In this document: piece after piece, positions 58,235 to 64,000 of the stretch | Layout of the letters: the number at the start of each line of letters is the position of its first letter | Position numbering within the stretch: the stretch's first letter is position 1 | DNA from: the human T2T-CHM13v2.0 reference genome, Homo sapiens | NCBI RefSeq assembly: GCF_009914755.1 | Contig: NC_060940.1 | Length of the DNA: 64,000 bases | Direction: 5' to 3' (one strand) | Made by a program: the position numbers and the translations under genes | Notes under the pieces: generated by a model | The model's database searches: none | What the model saw: the letters and a program-made list of their open reading frames with translations, nothing else | Told to the model about the DNA's origin: nothing

Positions 58235-58450
58235 CTCCCCACCTCACAGGGACATTTGGCATTGTTTGGAGATATTTGTGATTGTCACAACTTGGAAGGG
58301 GGGAATATTGCTCCCAAAATCTAGTAGATAGAGGCCCAGGATGCTGCTGTATACCCTAAAATACACAGGACGGTATCCCCCACCCCTAGAATTATTCAGT
58401 TCAAAATGCCAGTAGTACTGACACCTGACACTGATACTGAAAAACTCTAG
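58235..58450. mobile_element. MER20 DNA transposon
   Basis: cagggacatttggcattgtttggagatatttgtgattgtcacaac...ctagtagatagaggcccaggatgctg. Confidence 0.8.
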
Positions 58451-59515
58451 ATTAGATCTAGGTAGGTAGATGATACAAGATACATAAATAACAAATGGAG
58501 AAGTTGATGATTTATGTCTTATATCTCCATCATATTTATGCTTCCATCATATATATGTGTGTGTGTGTGTGTGTGTGTATTTATCATGGACATTAGTTGA
58601 TGGCTAGATAGATGAGAGACAATTCTTACATGAGACACGCTAGGCATCAATAAATGGAAGTGATTTTAAAATTAAACCTAAAGACAGGATTAATACCATG
58701 AGGGTTGGGATAAAATAAAGGAAGTTGCTAAAGGTGAAATAATAATCTTAGAAGTGAAACTGTGCCAGCCATCATGCTAAGTGCTGTGTATTCTTATAGC
58801 ATTGTAGATTGGTGTTCATTCAAGTCTAAGACTAGGATTCATGATAGATCTATGGTTCGGGCTAAGGTGGGGATTAAGGGTAGAGCTGTGAGACAACCCT
58901 GTCAGTAGACTTTTTTTCCAAAGAGCAACCAAAGCCCAGCAATTGTATGGACAGAGGCAAACAGCCCAGCTACCATCCAGTCCGAGTTCCTGCAGTTCAA
59001 GGAGGGGACAGAATTCATGTGACATTTACAAGTCAGGAAGGCCCACTCTACAATTTCCCACTTACCCAGGCGTTTGCAACTGAGACATCTGGAGCACGTC
59101 GATGACCAAGGTCCATCCCATGTTTGTATCCATTTCCTGGAGGAAGAAGCAGAAGTAAACTGGAATGATTTGAGTTTCATGTGAAGGGAGAATGCCGTGC
59201 ATTCCAGTACTGAACAAATTTTGAGAAACGACGCCGTTTGTTCACTTTGTATTGAAGAGGATAGGAAGTTTATGAGGTTCAAGATAATGCCTCTACCCTG
59301 CATCAATCCACAGGAGTGACGAGCATCTTCAGAATGCAAGAGAACAGGGTATTTGAACCAGTATTGGGAGTGTCAGCTGTCTGGTCGCATCTTACTCTCA
59401 GAAGGTAGGTCAGCAAAATCACACCAAAATTTCAAGACAGTTCTGTAATGTCATAGTACATAAGAATAAAGAAACTTAAAACATTGCGTGGTATCCTGGC
59501 TGGAGAAAGACTGCT

Positions 59516-60412
59516 TGTAGGGAGACCCCCTGAAACTATTGCTACGGAATAAAAGATGAACTGCTCCTGATTACTGTAAATAAAAAGTTGCATGCAGGAT
59601 TGTGTAAAGACAATGCCAGGTTGGACTGCCAGAATGAGCCAACAGCGTGTGATGTGCTTCCCCCTGCAGAAAGCCTATGAATGGACGTGCAGTCAGGGAG
59701 GTTTCACATCACCAAGATTCCTATCCCAGAAAAGCAGATGTTCATAGCTCTGGGAATGGAATGCGACCCTTGTGGAAAGCCTATAAACGGATGCATGGGG
59801 AGCGCCTGTCCATATGGATAAGATAGGGCTATAAACACCCTCATCTTGCCGCGGCTCTTCTAGGCCTCTTTAGGGTTAAAGCATACTCCCTTCTGAGAAT
59901 TTCTGGTCTAACCAGTTGTCTAGCTTCATGTCCTGTTTCCATGGATTGTTTGTAACCAGCTTTTGTTACAATTGTTACTGCTGATTAATATCTTGCTAAT
60001 CATAGGTTACGGAAAGACTGTGCTTCTGTTCTAAGGCTCTGTTAGAAATTACTGACGCACACACTATATTGTAAATTGTTATCTCTGTATACTGTACTTC
60101 TACATACAAATGTACTGTACTTCTTCATACAAATGTTATGTTAAAGAATTACTTCATCCCCATGTGACCATCTCACCTCATAATCAAATGACCCTAAATC
60201 CCTCACTGACCTACCCCCGCCCTCACTAAACTTAATAATAAATGCTGGTATACCCAGTGCATTGTTGGCACCGCGGGACCAGAAGGCAGTGACCCACCTG
60301 GACCCAGCTTTCACTGTCTTGTGTGTGTCTATTATTTCTCAACCTGCCGATCCACCTAGGAGCAGAGAGAGAGCCCCATTGCATTGCAGGCTGCTGGCCA
60401 GATCCCGCAATA
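59516..60412 (+). mobile_element. MER11D (HERV-K11/ERVK) solo LTR
   Basis: Start tgtagggagaccccctgaaactattgctacggaataaaag; end ggctgctggccagatcccgcaata; TATA-like ctataaa and AATAAA near the 3' end; 6-bp flanks actgct/gctgct, typical of ERVK. Confidence 0.88.
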
Positions 60413-61014
60413 GCTGCTCAAACAGAAGGCAGGTTGTCTGAATGGAGCATGGTGAAGAGGGAAGGAAACAGACTTGGCAGTCATTCACCTGCAGTGTCCT
60501 TGTCAAGACTCACTAAATCCGGGAAGCAGCTAAGTGGTCCATAAAGGGCCGTCTCTGGTAAAAGGCTGGTTTGTTCACAGGCTTCTTGTGTGGCTGGTGT
60601 GAAACATCCCTTACTCTGTGCTCTTCCTCCATACCCAGAAAGTGAGCCACAGATGACCATCTCCCAAATACTCAGTGCAGAAAGTGGAGGTCCTTGTAGG
60701 ATGGCACGAGCATTTTTGTTCCTGGGAAGGTAGGTTTCTTTATAGCAATTTATGAGGTGGAATTTGGTTTACATTTCAGTCTCTTGAATCTGGTTTCTGG
60801 TGCAGTCCCTCATGGGCTAGATCTTCTCTGAATGTTCAGCCAAAATATCTTGGTGACAAAAGGAGAAGACGAATTCTGAATCATAATGACCTCGCTGTCA
60901 TACCCCTATAGAGGGACCCTCAAAATTCACACACAAAAAAATAAAAATAATCACAATTCCATCTTAGAACATTTCTCAGTTTAAGATATTGTGCTCGTTT
61001 GTAATTAATGTCTG

Positions 61015-61850
61015 TTCCCATCCTCTGGAAGTTGCAGAGAATCACTAATCTCTTTTCTGTCTCTATAGATTTGCCCTTTCTGAACATTTTGTATAAGTGG
61101 AATGATATATTAGATAGTCTTCTGCATCTGGTTTTTCTCAGTTAGCATAATGTTTTTAGAGATTCATCCATGTTGTAACATACATCAGTACTTCATTTCT
61201 TTATATGCCCAAATAATATTCCATTTTACAAATACACCATATTTTGTTTGCCCATTCACTTGTTGAAGTATATTTGTGTTGTTTACCCTTTTTGGCTATA
61301 GTAAATAATGCTGCTATGAACTTTTACGTACAAGTATTTTGAACATATGTTTTTGGGTTTTTTTCTTTTTTAATTTTTTATTTCCATAGTTTTTTGGAGA
61401 CAGGTGGTATTTGGTTACATGAGTAAGTTCTTTAGTGGTGATTTGTGAGATTTTGGTGCACGCATCAACTGAGCAGTATGCACTGAACACAATTTGTAGT
61501 CTTTTACCCCTCACCCCCCACCACCCTTTCCCCAAAGTCCCCAAAGTCCATTGTATCAGCCCAAATGTCCATCAATCAACAAGTGGATAAAGAAATTGTG
61601 GTATATATACATACAATGGAATAATACTCAGCCATAAAAAGGAATGAATTAATGACATTTGCAGCAACCTGAATGGACAGAAGACTATTATTCTATGTGA
61701 AGTCACTCAGGAATGGAAAACCAAACATTGTATGTTCTCACTCGTAAGTGGGAGCTAAGCTGTGAGGATGCAAAGTCATATAAACAAATGTTTTTATTTA
61801 TCTTGGGTAGATACCTAGGAGTGGAATTGCTAGATCACTTGGTAAATTTG
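61015..61850 (-). mobile_element. L1MB 3' relic interrupted by an inverted L1PB
   Basis: actaatctcttttctgtctctatagatttgcc...aataatgctgctatgaac, resuming tcttgggtagatacctaggagtggaattgctagatc. Confidence 0.85.
61355..61782 (-). mobile_element. L1PB1-like 3' fragment with 5' inversion (twin priming)
   Basis: Minus-strand 3' end at 61355-61558 joined to the plus-strand upstream segment at 61557-61780; TSD aaca(t/a)atgttttt. Confidence 0.88.
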
Positions 61851-62446
61851 TTTCCACTGGTGGGGTCTTGACCAGCCACAGATCCAGCCTCCTCCTCAGC
61901 ATTGGACAGGGTTATAATGGGATAGCAAGAACCTACCTGCTACATGTCTACATCATTCGTTACTTGGGAGATTTCCTATTAAAACATTTGAAATTCCACC
62001 CACCTTTAAATGGAGGACAGCCTTTTAGTCACTACCTGAGTATGTGATTTCAATAAGATGATCTTCTAAAATACAAAAGATGAGAAAGTATCTTGGAGAG
62101 GTGACAACATGAAAGATGATAATGTGATATTACTGCCATCATTAGGATTATTCACTTGTCATCTGAGACTTAAAGTGATGGTGATTTCAGCTTTGTCTGG
62201 TAGGATCAGGGAACAGCTAAGATCTAATTCAAAGATCCCTTGACTCTGATGTTTGTTCCCACCACTTCCACTTCCTAGTTATGGGAATTTCTGCAAAGTG
62301 ATTTGCCTCCCCAAGCTTTAGATGCTTCCCTTACAAAATGGGGCCACCAACATCATTTCTCAGGGTTTCCACAGGATTAAATAAATGGAAGCACGTTGAA
62401 TCCAGTCCCTTGGGCTATTGGGTAGGTGTTACCAAACCCTAATTTC

Positions 62447-62770
<324 letters not shown>

Positions 62771-63029
62771 TAATTTCAATGTAGGAAGGTTGTATATCTC
62801 AAGGGAAACCTCAAAGAACCAAAATGTGCTGGAGAATAGGCTGCTTGATTTTGTTCTCTTGTTTTTTTATTTTACTTGGGATTTATTTGTATAGAATTTT
62901 GATATTTTTCTTTTAAATAGAAATACCAACAAAAATAATAGGACAACACATTGATATGGCCCTTTTTAAAGGTGCATTCATATTGATGATATCATTTAGT
63001 CTATTACATCTTGTGACTCTTAAGTCTCG

Positions 63030-63140
63030 TGGCTCACTAAAATTACGTGGGGAGCATTTAGTAACAGTCAGTGCCTGGGCACCAACCCCAGAGGCTCTGA
63101 TTCAATGGATCTGGGGAGGAGCTCAGGAGTCTGAATTTTT
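63030..63140. mobile_element. MER5A-like DNA transposon fragment
   Basis: tgcctgggcaccaaccccagaggctctgattcaatggatctgggg. Confidence 0.6.
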
Positions 63141-63792
63141 TTTACATCTCTGGTTATTCCCATGTAAAACCAGAGCTCAGATCTGTTGCAATGGGCTGTG
63201 GAAGATAAGGCAGAGGCTGCCTTCTCTAGTGTTCAGTTAGGAAGCTGGGAGAAAGGTTAAAGGGCTGCCCATCAGGATTTGAATCCAGGTCTCTCAACTG
63301 AGTCCAGTGCTCTGTTTCCTACACCGCATTTTCTAGGGATAAAATTGAACTAAAACGGAGGAGGTCCTGGAGTAGAGAAAGGACAATATTAAGTCCCCTT
63401 GGAAGAAATGTACCAATGGGTGGCAATAATACATTCACCCAGAATAACTCCACAGGAGGGCCTTATCCCGCCTCGCCTTGCATATGTTGAAACCAGGGCA
63501 TGGTTTCCTATAAAAATGCTTACTGTGCAGAAGTTCAGTGAGAGGTAGGGATTCTAAGGGGACAGATAAATCTATGAGCAAGACCAGTGAGTTGGTAAAA
63601 CACCCAGCTCAGCAGTTCAGAGCCAAAAATAGAAAGGCTTTGTGAGCAGGTAGGTATCTTTATTATGGTAATCAACTCTGGGCCTAAGAAACAATGAGGC
63701 CATCAGAGTTCCTGGGATGCTCCATAAAGGTGGTAGTAGTGGGTGTCCTGGTAAGCACAGAAATCTGTGATCTGGCGTACAGCACTCAAGTG

Positions 63793-63854
63793 GGGCTACC
63801 AACTTCAGGCCTCTCTGCATCCAGGGCCACCAACTTCAGGCCTCTCTGCACCCA
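63793..63854. repeat. 31-bp direct tandem duplication
   Basis: gggc(t/c)accaacttcaggcctctctgca(t/c)cca occurs twice. Confidence 0.95.
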
Positions 63855-64000
63855 AGACCTGGCTAAGTTTTAGCCCACCAGTGAATCAATGTGAATTGAT
63901 AGGGAAAATGCTAAACTGGAAGAAATACACTAAAAAAAAATCATAAAATTTGAGAACAAAATGGAATTCAGATTATCAAGTTAAAGCCCTCATTTTACAG

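Overview
This is primate genomic DNA, probably human or great ape given the AluY and L1PA2-like elements. It is non-coding (intergenic or deep intronic). I find no supportable protein-coding gene, tRNA, rRNA or CRISPR array; the ORF-track entries are chance, Alu-derived or low-complexity frames. The window is dominated by interspersed repeats: about 15 Alu elements plus a FAM monomer, many solo LTRs (THE1/MST/MLT1 MaLRs; MER4, MER41, MER61-like, LTR9-like, MER31, MER34/39, LTR26, MER66, LTR1; MER11D), L1 3' fragments of several ages, MIR/L2 relics and MER5/MER20/MER53 DNA transposons. Family names come from recalled consensus sequences, not a database search. The most interesting signals are structural: (1) an inverted, multi-switch templated duplication of about 280 bp across a nested LTR junction (16047-16324); (2) a 35-bp piece of the local LTR1 copied 4.5 kb away into the truncation point of an Alu (40114-40148); (3) an Alu+L1 composite bracketed by a single TSD inside a nested MER41 that keeps a STAT/GAS site; (4) a poly(T)-only insertion with TSDs; (5) a twin-primed inverted L1PB; (6) a ~700-bp nearly pure pyrimidine higher-order repeat; (7) a pre-miRNA-sized hairpin. 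I cannot support a new gene system here; the best candidates for novelty are these repair/retrotransposition scars and a possible LTR-derived enhancer cluster.
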